Positions 18,066-28,158 of a stretch of DNA of 38,956 nucleotides are shown here, piece by piece. A program made the translations under genes and the position numbers. This DNA comes from Trichodesmium sp. MAG_R04 (GTDB lineage: Bacteria; Cyanobacteriota; Cyanobacteriia; Cyanobacteriales; Microcoleaceae). The stretch lies in NCBI GenBank assembly GCA_023356515.1, contig JAKQYG010000001.1:1-38956 (forward strand), written 5' to 3'. The notes under the pieces were generated by a model that was not told where the DNA came from, did not search any database, and was given only the letters and a program-made list of their open reading frames with translations. Within the stretch, counting starts at the first letter, position 1; each line of letters starts with the position of its first letter.

Positions 18066-18617
18066 ATTTTTGCCATAATAAATAAATTTTATTACTAGAT
18101 TTTATAGTACAATACAGCTCAATTAAGCTTTTTTTTTTGAAAGTAAACTTGCCAATATTTAGCCATAATTGCTATTAGTTTATTTACTGGTTCCCTCCTC
18201 CAAATACCTGAAAAAAAGTTCAATTTTTACTCCAAATACTTAATTATTATATACATAAATAAAGGATACAATTATGTTTTTTAGTACTAAAAATTACTTT
18301 CTAAACTAATTTATATCTGTCTGTTTATTAAAAAGCTTTTCCATTCAGAATAATTTTTGCTAATTTTATTGACTATATTTTTACTAATTTACCAGCTTCC
18401 TTATCTTCTGCCAATTTATAAGCTAAACATAATTGCATCAAAATATTATAAATGACAAATAAACTGGCAGATTCAGATGTTCTTAAAATAGCTTCAGAGG
18501 CTAACTTTTTTGCATAATTATATTTGGCATTTATTTAGAGAAAAATATTTTGATATAGGTAAACCTCAGTTAGTTTTATTAAGGTTGTTATTTCTGTTTC
18601 ACTAATTAGCATAAATT

Positions 18618-21600
18618 CTAGATTGCTGCTTCTGATTTGATGAACTTACCCAACATTTTTTCTTCATTCAACCTCTCAATAGTTCCTAAGATTTCCCCGA
18701 CTCTTTTCTCAAAACTATGATTCTCTTGAACATACTTTGCTAACTCTAATTCTTCTCCTGAATTATGACTTTTTTGCTGCAAACAATATTCTACTACTTT
18801 TGGCAAATCTTCCCCAGAATTATAAGTAGAAATTTGATCTCCAAACACCTCTTCTAAACCTGAAATTTTGTCAGATACAATTGTTGCCCCACAAGCAGCA
18901 GCATCAAATAAACGATTCGAAATAAACCCTTTTTCTCTCATAGTATTCCAATGGTCATTTAATAACACGCCAGACTTACTGTAATAACGTCGTAAAATTT
19001 CATTGGGAATATATTCTCCTTTTAAATAACCATCAGGCAATAAATTACCCCAGTTTGTACCATAAACATCTATCTTTAAACCACTCTCAACTGCATCTTT
19101 TACTATCTGACGGTAAACTTTTCGAGAATTTCCCACAAACAAAATTTCTCCTACTTCTTCATAACCTTCTTTATCAGGGTAAAACAAACTTGGATCTGTA
19201 CATTGGAGCAAAGTTTTTACCGGAACTTTCACTTGTTTTTGTAACTCTTTAGCATAAGAATTAGATGCCACAAATACTTGGTCATATTCCTCATATTCTT
19301 CCAGAGATACTTTATCTGGATGACTAATATTCCACATCAAATTAATATGATAAGACTTAGGTTGATAACGACTCAAACCACGGATAGTAATTGCCACATC
19401 ATCTCCAAATGCTTCGGGAGTTTCCCACTCTGGCAAAATATCAATTCTGACGGAATGACCATTAATTTCAAATTGCCGTTTCATAGCTAAAGCAAAATGA
19501 TAGTCTCCCCATTCTTGCGCCTGTTTCCAGTCAGGAACTCCGATTTTTATGCTAATACGAAAACTATTACTCATTTTTTCGCGCAAGGTAGAAAATACTG
19601 TATCAGCGCGATGTTTATAAGTATGTTTTTCTTTGACTATTTTCTGTAACTCTGCCACTTTGGCTAATCTTAACTCCTCATTTGTTAGATACTCTCGTAA
19701 TAAATTTTCCAGAGATTCGCGGGAATTATAAGTAGGTAATAGTCCGTCGAAAGATTCTTGATTTCCCAGCTCGCTATTAGTAATAACTAATGTACCAGAA
19801 ATAATAGCATCAAATACCCTAGAATTTGTGGAACCCCATTGTTTTGTGACTGAATTTGCATCATCAATTACTATTTTTGTCGAAGCATAAACTTGAGGCA
19901 TATCTGTATAAGGAAGAGGTCCCCGATTATACTTTTTAAACTTCTCAAATTTTTCCCAATTATATCCATACAAAGCAAACTCAAAAGGTAAATTATCTGG
20001 TTTCAAGAAACTCATAATATCCCGTGGATATTTCCAGAAACTTCCTGTGAAACAATAGTCAGATTTATACTTATTCTCTAATTCTGGATTAACTTTTTCC
20101 GTTGGTTCAAAAATTGCTAATTCAGAATTATTGTCTAAACTTGTAACTTTTGAATTTTGACTTTTCACTTCATAATTAACTCCTTCTTGACTTCTGCCAT
20201 CCTGATAAAAACGCTCATCATTAGTTGCTATTCTAACTACTGTTACTGGCTTAAATAATTTCTGCTGAATATAATCAGCTGATTTTTGAGAAGAACACCA
20301 GAAACAATCATAATCTCCTGCTGATTTTTGAGAAGCCCAAACCTCAAACCAATTTCTTGCCCAAGCCACTTTTACTAAACTTGGTTTAGCATTTTCTATT
20401 CTTTCTAAATCATAATCATGGCGCATAACTACAATTACATCTAATCGTGTCATATCATACCAATCTTCTCCTTCAGAAATATAATAAATATCCCATCCGA
20501 ATTCTTTAACTAATTGTTCTCCTAATTCCACCGCTGTGAAATAATCTCCTGCAGAAGCTGCCATATCTGCCTCGGTTACAGCAAATCCAATAGTTAAAGG
20601 ATGCCCAGTCCAATACATTCCTTTTTCAAAGAAATCTTGTAGATGTTTCCGACGCAAATAATAAGCAAACCTTTCCTCAATTATTGGACGATTTTTCAAG
20701 ATTTTCTCGATAAATTCTTTGCCTTTATTAAACCGAGAGAAACCTCGATTATGAAAAGCTGTTAAATGATTAGCGCTGATAATTTCTTTGCCTAGTTTTT
20801 GTTGGATAGTTAAACATAAATCTACATCCTCATAACCATAAAAGTAGTCTTCATTAAAACCTCCGACTTTCTGAAAATCTTCCTGCCGACACATCATTAA
20901 TGCTCCAGTTACAACAGGTACTTTCCAAGGAGCAGATTGTACTTTTAATAATTGGGGAGCATATCGAACTTCATAAGGATAAAAAGGTTCATTTTGACTG
21001 TGCAAATATATCTGTACTCCTAAATGTTGAGTAGGAGGAAAAGCTAGGGAGCGATCGCTAACTATATCTAATAATTTTACTCCTACTATTCCTAGATTTT
21101 CATCTTGTTGAATTAAATCAACCATCTGGGGAATAATATCTTGGCAGAGAGTAATATCGTTATTCATAAACAGCAGTAAAGGAGCTTTTGTTTGATTCAC
21201 TCCTACATTATTTGAGTTGGAAAAAGAATAATTTTCTCCCCTGGCAATAATTGTAATTGGTAATTTTTCTGACCATTGGCTACAAACATTAATAGTATTA
21301 TCTGTTGAACCGTGGTCTACTACTATTAATTCAAATTTTTCATAGCTATTGTAAATTTCAAAGGAAGCAAATAAATCTTTTAATAGTTGTGCTCCATTCA
21401 AACTCAAAATAATTACTGCTACTGCTGGTTTTTCTGTCTGAATTTTTCCTGGGGATAGGCGATAGATAAGTTTGTTAATTTCTCCCTGATTAAAATTGAG
21501 ATTAATTTCATGTTTTTTACCTTTCGGTCCGACTACTAATGGTTTAGGAGAATTTTTAAGTTGTTGACCTGTTTCTGTTATTTTGACACTAACTTCAACT

Positions 21601-23798
21601 AAACCATTGCTATGTAAAGATGGGGGAATTTTATGAGCAAAAGCATGATATCCGTGGGTATCAAAAGCTTCCGCTAAATCTTGACGATATTTATTTGCGA
21701 CTAATGTGCCAACTAAATTATTACCGACAAAAATATCAAGAAATACAACTTTTTCAGGATCTTTTTTATGTTTTGCCCAACCAGAAACATAGTCTATAGT
21801 AGCATAATCAAGACAACCTTCAAATTCTGTTTCTCCTAATAAACTTAAGCTACCAAGTTCCCCTGTTCTCAAAACATTTTGAAATGATGAAACTTCTTCT
21901 AATTTTTTCTTAGCCTTAGAAAAATGAGGGTCTATTTCTAAAGCACGACGATAACAACTTATTGCTTCAGTTAATGGATTTTTTTTAGTCTTAGCTTCTC
22001 CTAACTGAAAATGAAATTTTGCTGATGATGGTCTTAATTCTACAGCTTTCCTATAAGCTTCCACTGCCTCATTCCATCTGCCTAATTTTGACATAACTCC
22101 CCCAATATGGTATAGCACGTCAGCAGATTTAGGGTTGAGTTGACTCGCTTTAGTATAAGCGGCCACCGCTTCATCCCACTTTTCCAGTTGAGCCAGACTT
22201 TCCCCCAGGACATGATAAACTGCTGCCGAATTAGGATTAATTTCCGTTGTCCGGCGATAACTGGTAATTGCCTCATCCCACCGTTTAAGTTTACTCAAGG
22301 TATGACCTAACTGATGGTGAATTTCTGCTGTATTAATACCTAGTTCAATAGCTTGACCATAACTCACAATAGCATCATCAAATTTTTGTTGCTGCACCAA
22401 AGCTAAAGCTAGACTATGATGAACTTTTGCCAACTTGGGGTTAAGTTTTAGAGCATGGCCATAATTAACAATAGCCTCATTCCACTGTTTTTGTGAGGCA
22501 TAAGTTTCTCCTAAATAAGCATATACTTCAGCTAAGTTGGGATTAAGTTCAATGGCACTTTGGAAAGAAGCGATCGCCTCATCCCACTGTTTAATATTAC
22601 TCAAAGCTTTGCCCAAGTCCCCATAAGCTTCAGCTAAGTTAGGATTAAGTTCTACGGCCTGACGGAGTTCTACCACGGCCCAATCATTTTGTTTCAATTG
22701 AATCAAAGCATGGCCTAACTGATGATGCACATCTGGAGATAATGGTTGAAGCTCAGAAGCTTTGCGGTAAGCAACTATAGCTTCCTCCCATTGTTGGAGT
22801 TGAGAGAGGGAGTATCCTAAATAATGATAAACTTCTGGGGAATTGGGCTGGAGTTCCGTTACTTTGCAGTAAGCTGCTACGGCTTCTTCCCAATTTTGCT
22901 GTTGACTCAGAGCGTAACCAAGATGGTGATAAACATCTGGGGAGTTTGGTTGAAGTTTGATTGCCTGGTGATAAGCAGATATAGCTTCTTCCCATTGTTG
23001 CTTTTGGGTTAGAACATATGCAAATTGATGATAAATAACGGGGGAATTTGCTTGAAGTTTTGTTGCTTGACGATAAGCAGCAATGGCCTCATCCCACCGA
23101 TGCAGTTTTGCCAGAGTTTCCCCATAATGATGATAAGCTGTAGCAGAATTAGGAATTATTTGACAAGCTTTTAAATAAATTTTGGCAGCTTGATGGAGGT
23201 CTCCTTTTTTTGTCAGGGCTATTCCTAATTTTTGGTATCCTTCCCAGAAACCAGGGTCAATTTCAATAGCTTTGCGATAACAGATTATCCCTTCTTCAGT
23301 CTGACCTTGTTTTTCTAAAGCTACTCCTAAGTTTTGATGGGCAATACTAGAGTTAGGTTCTAGGGATATGGCCTTTTGGAAATTGGCGATCGCTTCATAA
23401 AGTAACCCTTTCTGGACTAAAGCTACTCCTAAACTAATGTAGAATTCTGAGAAATTAGGATTAATCTTAATGGCCTGGGAATAAGAGGCGATCGCTTGTT
23501 CCAACTGACCTTGTTTAACTTGGATATTTCCCAAATTGTAATGATAGAATGCAGAATTAGGTTTGAGCTCTATTGCTTTTTTATAGACTGTAGCTGCTTC
23601 TTCCCATTTTCCTATTTGAGCTAGAATATCTCCTAAACTTTGGTGATACAAGGCCAAGTTGGGGTTCAGTTCGATAGTCTTTTGATAGAAAGTAACAGCT
23701 TTTTCTAGTTGGCCTGCTGCTACAGCTTGTTGGCCTTGTTGGAAGTATTGGGTTGGAGTTTCTGAATTGAGTGATGATAAAGAATTCATTTCTCTCAT
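18618..23798 (-). CDS. ~18 TPRs + beta-rich GW domain + GT2 + two CgeB/Glyco_trans_1_2-type glycosyltransferase domains
   Basis: 34-aa TPR repeats over aa ~14-640; GCLD..VSGWAK; IVVDHGSTD, FSNSNN.G, FMNNDI, GFNEDYFYGYEDVDL; two modules beginning GDYFTA/GDYHFA and ending NSRVFDA/SNRLFDAAACG...HT/HSF. Confidence 0.9.
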   Translation of the reverse strand: MREMNSLSSLNSETPTQYFQQGQQAVAAGQLEKAVTFYQKTIELNPNLALYHQSLGDILAQIGKWEEAATVYKKAIELKPNSAFYHYNLGNIQVKQGQLEQAIASYSQAIKINPNFSEFYISLGVALVQKGLLYEAIANFQKAISLEPNSSIAHQNLGVALEKQGQTEEGIICYRKAIEIDPGFWEGYQKLGIALTKKGDLHQAAKIYLKACQIIPNSATAYHHYGETLAKLHRWDEAIAAYRQATKLQANSPVIYHQFAYVLTQKQQWEEAISAYHQAIKLQPNSPDVYHHLGYALSQQQNWEEAVAAYCKVTELQPNSPEVYHYLGYSLSQLQQWEEAIVAYRKASELQPLSPDVHHQLGHALIQLKQNDWAVVELRQAVELNPNLAEAYGDLGKALSNIKQWDEAIASFQSAIELNPNLAEVYAYLGETYASQKQWNEAIVNYGHALKLNPKLAKVHHSLALALVQQQKFDDAIVSYGQAIELGINTAEIHHQLGHTLSKLKRWDEAITSYRRTTEINPNSAAVYHVLGESLAQLEKWDEAVAAYTKASQLNPKSADVLYHIGGVMSKLGRWNEAVEAYRKAVELRPSSAKFHFQLGEAKTKKNPLTEAISCYRRALEIDPHFSKAKKKLEEVSSFQNVLRTGELGSLSLLGETEFEGCLDYATIDYVSGWAKHKKDPEKVVFLDIFVGNNLVGTLVANKYRQDLAEAFDTHGYHAFAHKIPPSLHSNGLVEVSVKITETGQQLKNSPKPLVVGPKGKKHEINLNFNQGEINKLIYRLSPGKIQTEKPAVAVIILSLNGAQLLKDLFASFEIYNSYEKFELIVVDHGSTDNTINVCSQWSEKLPITIIARGENYSFSNSNNVGVNQTKAPLLLFMNNDITLCQDIIPQMVDLIQQDENLGIVGVKLLDIVSDRSLAFPPTQHLGVQIYLHSQNEPFYPYEVRYAPQLLKVQSAPWKVPVVTGALMMCRQEDFQKVGGFNEDYFYGYEDVDLCLTIQQKLGKEIISANHLTAFHNRGFSRFNKGKEFIEKILKNRPIIEERFAYYLRRKHLQDFFEKGMYWTGHPLTIGFAVTEADMAASAGDYFTAVELGEQLVKEFGWDIYYISEGEDWYDMTRLDVIVVMRHDYDLERIENAKPSLVKVAWARNWFEVWASQKSAGDYDCFWCSSQKSADYIQQKLFKPVTVVRIATNDERFYQDGRSQEGVNYEVKSQNSKVTSLDNNSELAIFEPTEKVNPELENKYKSDYCFTGSFWKYPRDIMSFLKPDNLPFEFALYGYNWEKFEKFKKYNRGPLPYTDMPQVYASTKIVIDDANSVTKQWGSTNSRVFDAIISGTLVITNSELGNQESFDGLLPTYNSRESLENLLREYLTNEELRLAKVAELQKIVKEKHTYKHRADTVFSTLREKMSNSFRISIKIGVPDWKQAQEWGDYHFALAMKRQFEINGHSVRIDILPEWETPEAFGDDVAITIRGLSRYQPKSYHINLMWNISHPDKVSLEEYEEYDQVFVASNSYAKELQKQVKVPVKTLLQCTDPSLFYPDKEGYEEVGEILFVGNSRKVYRQIVKDAVESGLKIDVYGTNWGNLLPDGYLKGEYIPNEILRRYYSKSGVLLNDHWNTMREKGFISNRLFDAAACGATIVSDKISGLEEVFGDQISTYNSGEDLPKVVEYCLQQKSHNSGEELELAKYVQENHSFEKRVGEILGTIERLNEEKMLGKFIKSEAAI

Positions 23799-23858
23799 AG
23801 GTTATGGTTAAGAAAGATTATATTTCTGATTCCCGGTATAATTTTCATGAGCTAGAGA

Positions 23859-24875
23859 CTATTTTATTGTGATTACTGAATTTATATCTTTAAGCCAAAC
23901 TTCCAGTAAATCACCTTCTTTTGGTGGGAATATTTCATTTTCAATTAAAGCATCGTAACATTTTCTGAGGTTATCTAATATTTCATTTTTTCCGGTTATC
24001 AGTTTAACTTCAGATAATAATTGTGCTATTTTTTCATTGTGGAGATAACCAGGAATCTCTTGTTCAAAATCTTGCATTAGATTATGAATATTCCGCTCTT
24101 GATAAACAGTTGGACTGTGAAACAAAATCCGCCAACCGTTTTCCCAGCAAATTCTTTGAGCAATAAAACTTCGCCATATATCGGTCATTCTAAATGAACA
24201 ATATGCAGGCAAATACATCAGTGGATAAGCATCCGGAAACCAATATGTATTTTGACTGTTGAAGGGACACCAACTATCTTTACCCAATGCTAAATTTACA
24301 TTATTTTTAAAGTTTTGAGGTAAAGGTAAAATCAATCGATAAATTGCATCAACATCTGGATTTTTGTTAGCTAGTCCTTGTTGAATTGCACATTCTGATA
24401 AATATTCCGATAATTCTTCATAAGGGGGAACTGGATAATTAATTTTGTCTAATGGTAATCCTCTCGGCCATATTAGTGCTTCTGAAAAATATTTGTAGAC
24501 ATTTATCCAACCTGCATTGTCGATAATTTTACATTTAATTTCTAAATGTTTTTCTTGCCAAAAACTATCTAAAGGCAGATTATCATCATCAGTTTCTATT
24601 ATTTGTTCTGCTCCTTTTTTTATTGCTAGTAAGTAGCCGATGTTTTTTCTGGCATAATGTTTAGTAGGGCATAGTTTAGCATATTCCAATCCTGTAGCTA
24701 TTTGAGCATTAATATCATAGTATTGAGAACCAGCTAAAAAAAAGTCACGAGGTGTTTTTGTATCACCTATAATTATTAAATCCCAGTGGTATAACTGACA
24801 GCCTACTGCCAATTCTCGTAAAACTTTATTTGGTGGTGAAATTGTTGTAACAACTAATATTGTTTTTGATTGCAT
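23859..24875 (-). CDS. STELLO-like (DUF288) putative glycosyltransferase, copy 2
   Basis: Same motifs as 13891..14901 with long identical blocks (HYARKNIGYLLA, YPLMYLPAYCSFRMTDIWRSF). Confidence 0.88.
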   Translation of the reverse strand: MQSKTILVVTTISPPNKVLRELAVGCQLYHWDLIIIGDTKTPRDFFLAGSQYYDINAQIATGLEYAKLCPTKHYARKNIGYLLAIKKGAEQIIETDDDNLPLDSFWQEKHLEIKCKIIDNAGWINVYKYFSEALIWPRGLPLDKINYPVPPYEELSEYLSECAIQQGLANKNPDVDAIYRLILPLPQNFKNNVNLALGKDSWCPFNSQNTYWFPDAYPLMYLPAYCSFRMTDIWRSFIAQRICWENGWRILFHSPTVYQERNIHNLMQDFEQEIPGYLHNEKIAQLLSEVKLITGKNEILDNLRKCYDALIENEIFPPKEGDLLEVWLKDINSVITIK

Positions 24876-24937
24876 CTGCCTATATTTTTACTTATTTGAA
24901 GTTTGTAAGTAATAAGCATAACTTCTGCTAGTTATTT

Positions 24938-27610
24938 TTAGTTTTTGTCCTTAGCCGTTAGCTTTTCCTTTTCAATTTTTTTGAGAATATTAAATATTTT
25001 TTTATAGATAATTTGCCAATTAACTTTATAATTTCTATAAACTCCTCGCTGTAATTGTGTAACCTCTTGGTGATTTAAAAACCTTGGCTCAATACCAGAT
25101 TCTTTCACTGCCGACCAAAAACATTGTTGTCCCAAATGAGCGTGATCGCCATGAGCTACACCTGGTTTATCTGTTAACCATGATGTTATTACTAATCCAG
25201 AACCTACTACTGCAATATAAGCATCAATATACCTAGCCCAAACTATACTTTCATATAATTTAATGTCTAAAGTAATATTGTAAAAACTTACCTTTGATTT
25301 AGTTTGTTCGATTATACTTTTTACAATATCACTCGCATCTGGAGTCCCATCAAAAACAACTGCCATACTTAAATGATAAAATTCCTCCCTCAACTTATCA
25401 ATAATTTTTGCATAATTTTTATCCTGTTCCTGCCAAATTTTATTATGACTTCTCACATTTATCCAAAGAAGTAAATTGTAATTTTCTTTGACTTTTTTTA
25501 CTTCTTCTATAAACTCTTGATCACATAGATTGTATGCAGCTTGAGCAATTCTATTCCCAACATTTTGTTTGATAAAATTATCTGTTATTCTCAGGCAGAA
25601 AAAATTATTTTTCAGCATAAACCTAAATTGCTCTTCTTCCGACATTTCCGAAATATCTAAAATTTTCTTTTCTGGGATTTCTGGAAAAATAGATAATAAG
25701 TTTAGGTATTGACTCTTACCACCACAAAAATAATCTATTTTTTCTAATAAATTTTGTTCATACAAGTAGTATATACCTGTAATATCTTGCCAGAAAAAAT
25801 GTCCTAGGTTTCCAATAGTACCATATAGTTCTACTAATGACCTATTAAAATTTCTGAGATAATTTTGAACATATTTCCAATTACTAACTACATAACTTTG
25901 AAATTTATAAATTTGATGGTCAATATTTTTAACTGCTTTCCCAAAAGCAATACATACATTCAGTTTAGGAATGTATAAAGCTGCTTTTGAACCAATAAAA
26001 TCATTCACTATAATATAAAACACTTCTTCCCCTTGAAATCGATATATAAGACTCCATTTTCCCAGATAAAAGGAAGTATTAGACCTAACAATTCGACCAC
26101 TTAGAGGGCAAACAGTATACATATATCCAAATTCAACAAGACTTTGGGTAAACTCAACTGCCTGATATTTGTAACCTGCTCTTTTCTTTTTGAGATGGCA
26201 TTTTTTGACATTATTTGTTCTTGTTTTGAGTCTTTCATTACTACTCTCAGAACAGTTTATGTAAATATTTTCTAAATAATGATTTTCTAATCTGATCAAT
26301 TTGACATATTCTAATAAAATCCCACAATTTTCGAGAAAATCTAGATCCTCTGGATGCAATTCATCTATTGCCAAAAATTTTAAATATTTTTGATGAAAAT
26401 AATTTTGAACTTTTCCAGATTCTAATTCTTGAGTATCTAGCTCTATCTGGAGATTAAAATCTTCAGAATTAGTTTGATGCCAACTATCCCATATATATTC
26501 GTATATTGAATTAGTAACACTTTCATGTTGTGATAGCTTCAGATTTTTAGGAAACTGTGGTTTAGGTAAATCTTTAAAAAAGGTAACCGCTTCGGAAATT
26601 AATCCTGCCTGAGAAAGATGAATACTAAACTGATAATAAAACTCTAAATTCTGGATATCTTTCTGAAAAACTCGATGATAACAATCAATAACTTCCTTTA
26701 ATTTTCCATTTTTTACCAAAGACTCCCCCAACAATAAGTGGCTAGGAACTTTATTCTTTTTATAAAGTTTTTTCTCCAGAGATAAAGTTTCTTCATACCA
26801 TGAGAATGCTGCTTCCCAATCTTGTTTGTATATTAAAAACATCCCTAATTCGTAGTGGTTTAAATGTTTAGGATAATGTTCTAGTAGACTTTGTTGCGGC
26901 TGTATAGCTAGGGAATCTATTTTGCTGACAAATTGAGATTCTCTAGGTAACTTTTCTTGCTCTTCATTCTTGAGTTCTAAATTATACTCAAACAACTCGA
27001 TAGTTTTCCCAAATTCTTCATATACAATATCTCTTGTTTCTACATCATAGTAATCTGCATAATTCACTTGCCTAGACTTGTTTTTTAGTGGTAATTTACC
27101 TATAATTCCTAGTTCTTTTTGGAGCTTTAGGAAATCCTCATTCAAAAACTCAAATCTTAAAATCTTATCTACACGGAGAATCTGATGATCGTCTACCAAC
27201 CAATTCAACTGGTTTCCATGCCATTTGTGATATCCTTTTCTTTTGACATATACTTCTTTAACCCAGTCTTTAAAATCTAGTTTCATTGCTAATTCACAAG
27301 TAGCTTTAGGTGCTAAAAATCCTTTATATCCAGGATACTGATTTCTAAGTTGAGCCACAGACATATATAACGGTTTCCTTAAATGTTCATAAAAAGAAAC
27401 CACCTGGTGGAAAGGATTTCTGACTATACTAAACGTGGTGAAATGATTTATCTTTTCCTCCATTACATATAATGCTTTTTTTAAATAATCATGTTTTCCA
27501 AGAAACTGAACACTTCGGTTTAAATCTGATGTTAATAGTTCTGTGATGCTTTCAACAGCACATTTGGGGATATGAATGAATAAGTATGAATTTTTAAAAT
27601 TGATGATCAT
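24938..27610 (-). CDS. Sulfotransfer_2-type sulfotransferase + TPR-like helices + unnamed GT-like domain
   Basis: FIHIPKCAVESI, FSIVRNPF..VVSFY, LRFE.LNEDF, YADYYD; C-terminal region paralogous to 10974..13829. Confidence 0.82.
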   Translation of the reverse strand: MIINFKNSYLFIHIPKCAVESITELLTSDLNRSVQFLGKHDYLKKALYVMEEKINHFTTFSIVRNPFHQVVSFYEHLRKPLYMSVAQLRNQYPGYKGFLAPKATCELAMKLDFKDWVKEVYVKRKGYHKWHGNQLNWLVDDHQILRVDKILRFEFLNEDFLKLQKELGIIGKLPLKNKSRQVNYADYYDVETRDIVYEEFGKTIELFEYNLELKNEEQEKLPRESQFVSKIDSLAIQPQQSLLEHYPKHLNHYELGMFLIYKQDWEAAFSWYEETLSLEKKLYKKNKVPSHLLLGESLVKNGKLKEVIDCYHRVFQKDIQNLEFYYQFSIHLSQAGLISEAVTFFKDLPKPQFPKNLKLSQHESVTNSIYEYIWDSWHQTNSEDFNLQIELDTQELESGKVQNYFHQKYLKFLAIDELHPEDLDFLENCGILLEYVKLIRLENHYLENIYINCSESSNERLKTRTNNVKKCHLKKKRAGYKYQAVEFTQSLVEFGYMYTVCPLSGRIVRSNTSFYLGKWSLIYRFQGEEVFYIIVNDFIGSKAALYIPKLNVCIAFGKAVKNIDHQIYKFQSYVVSNWKYVQNYLRNFNRSLVELYGTIGNLGHFFWQDITGIYYLYEQNLLEKIDYFCGGKSQYLNLLSIFPEIPEKKILDISEMSEEEQFRFMLKNNFFCLRITDNFIKQNVGNRIAQAAYNLCDQEFIEEVKKVKENYNLLLWINVRSHNKIWQEQDKNYAKIIDKLREEFYHLSMAVVFDGTPDASDIVKSIIEQTKSKVSFYNITLDIKLYESIVWARYIDAYIAVVGSGLVITSWLTDKPGVAHGDHAHLGQQCFWSAVKESGIEPRFLNHQEVTQLQRGVYRNYKVNWQIIYKKIFNILKKIEKEKLTAKDKN

Positions 27611-27781
27611 ATTTGTAAAGTCAAAAGTTATCTATAACCCAAAAATCAGGTCTCTCATTTAATTGGACAAAAGCCGCCAGGGAGCCATAAAACAGGATCA
27701 AGTGTGGACTTGCAAAGGCTTTTAACTCAAAAAGGTATAAATCCAGGTGAGAGCATTGCTTTGAGCTATTTTCATAACATC

Positions 27782-27821
27782 CACGTAATTCTTTTGTCTA
27801 ACACGTAATTCCCTTGTCTAA
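27782..27821 (+). repeat. 20-bp tandem duplication
   Basis: CACGTAATTCTTTTGTCTAA followed by CACGTAATTCCCTTGTCTAA (2 mismatches). Confidence 0.8.
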
Positions 27822-27829
27822 GCTGACTT

Positions 27830-27972
27830 TGAGCAATGACCCCAAAAAGGCCGAATTAATCGGTTATTTTTGGTCAGGAAAAGTCCGTAAAACGATTATT
27901 GGCTTAAATTTAATCGCTTTATATTACAGTGACATTAATCGCAATTCAGTCCCAATTAATTACATAATATAT
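27830..27972 (+). pseudogene. IS701-family transposase internal fragment
   Basis: DPKKAELIGYFWSGK.RKTIIGLNLIALYYSDINRNSVPINY.IY resembles cyanobacterial IS701-type DDE transposases; truncated at the MITE on the right. Confidence 0.7.
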
Positions 27973-28062
27973 CAGGACTTACGCAGTACCGCTATCTGTG
28001 GTCCACAAATCTGTCTTTTTCAAGATATTGCCACTATAATTAGTGCCTTTGCGTAAGTCCTG
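27973..28062. mobile_element. 90-bp MITE-like element with perfect 13-bp terminal inverted repeats
   Basis: CAGGACTTACGCA (27973-27985) and TGCGTAAGTCCTG (28050-28062). Confidence 0.8.
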
Positions 28063-28158
28063 AATAATTTCAAAAATATTATTCATTTTTTTGCTACTGT
28101 ATATCAAATATAAATTATTAAATTCAAATCTAAAATAAAAAGGATTAATAATATCAAG

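Noticed and set aside
18066-18617. AT-rich intergenic stretch as a gene remnant or ncRNA
   Set aside because: No convincing ORF, motif or structure recognised.
19055-23012. Small track ORFs inside the TPR-GT gene (likewise 4029, 5795, 10234, 13272, 16983, 17072, 17549, 27979, 34474, 35738, 37738, 38478)
   Set aside because: Mostly antisense or off-frame overlaps of well-supported genes, with no recognisable motifs.
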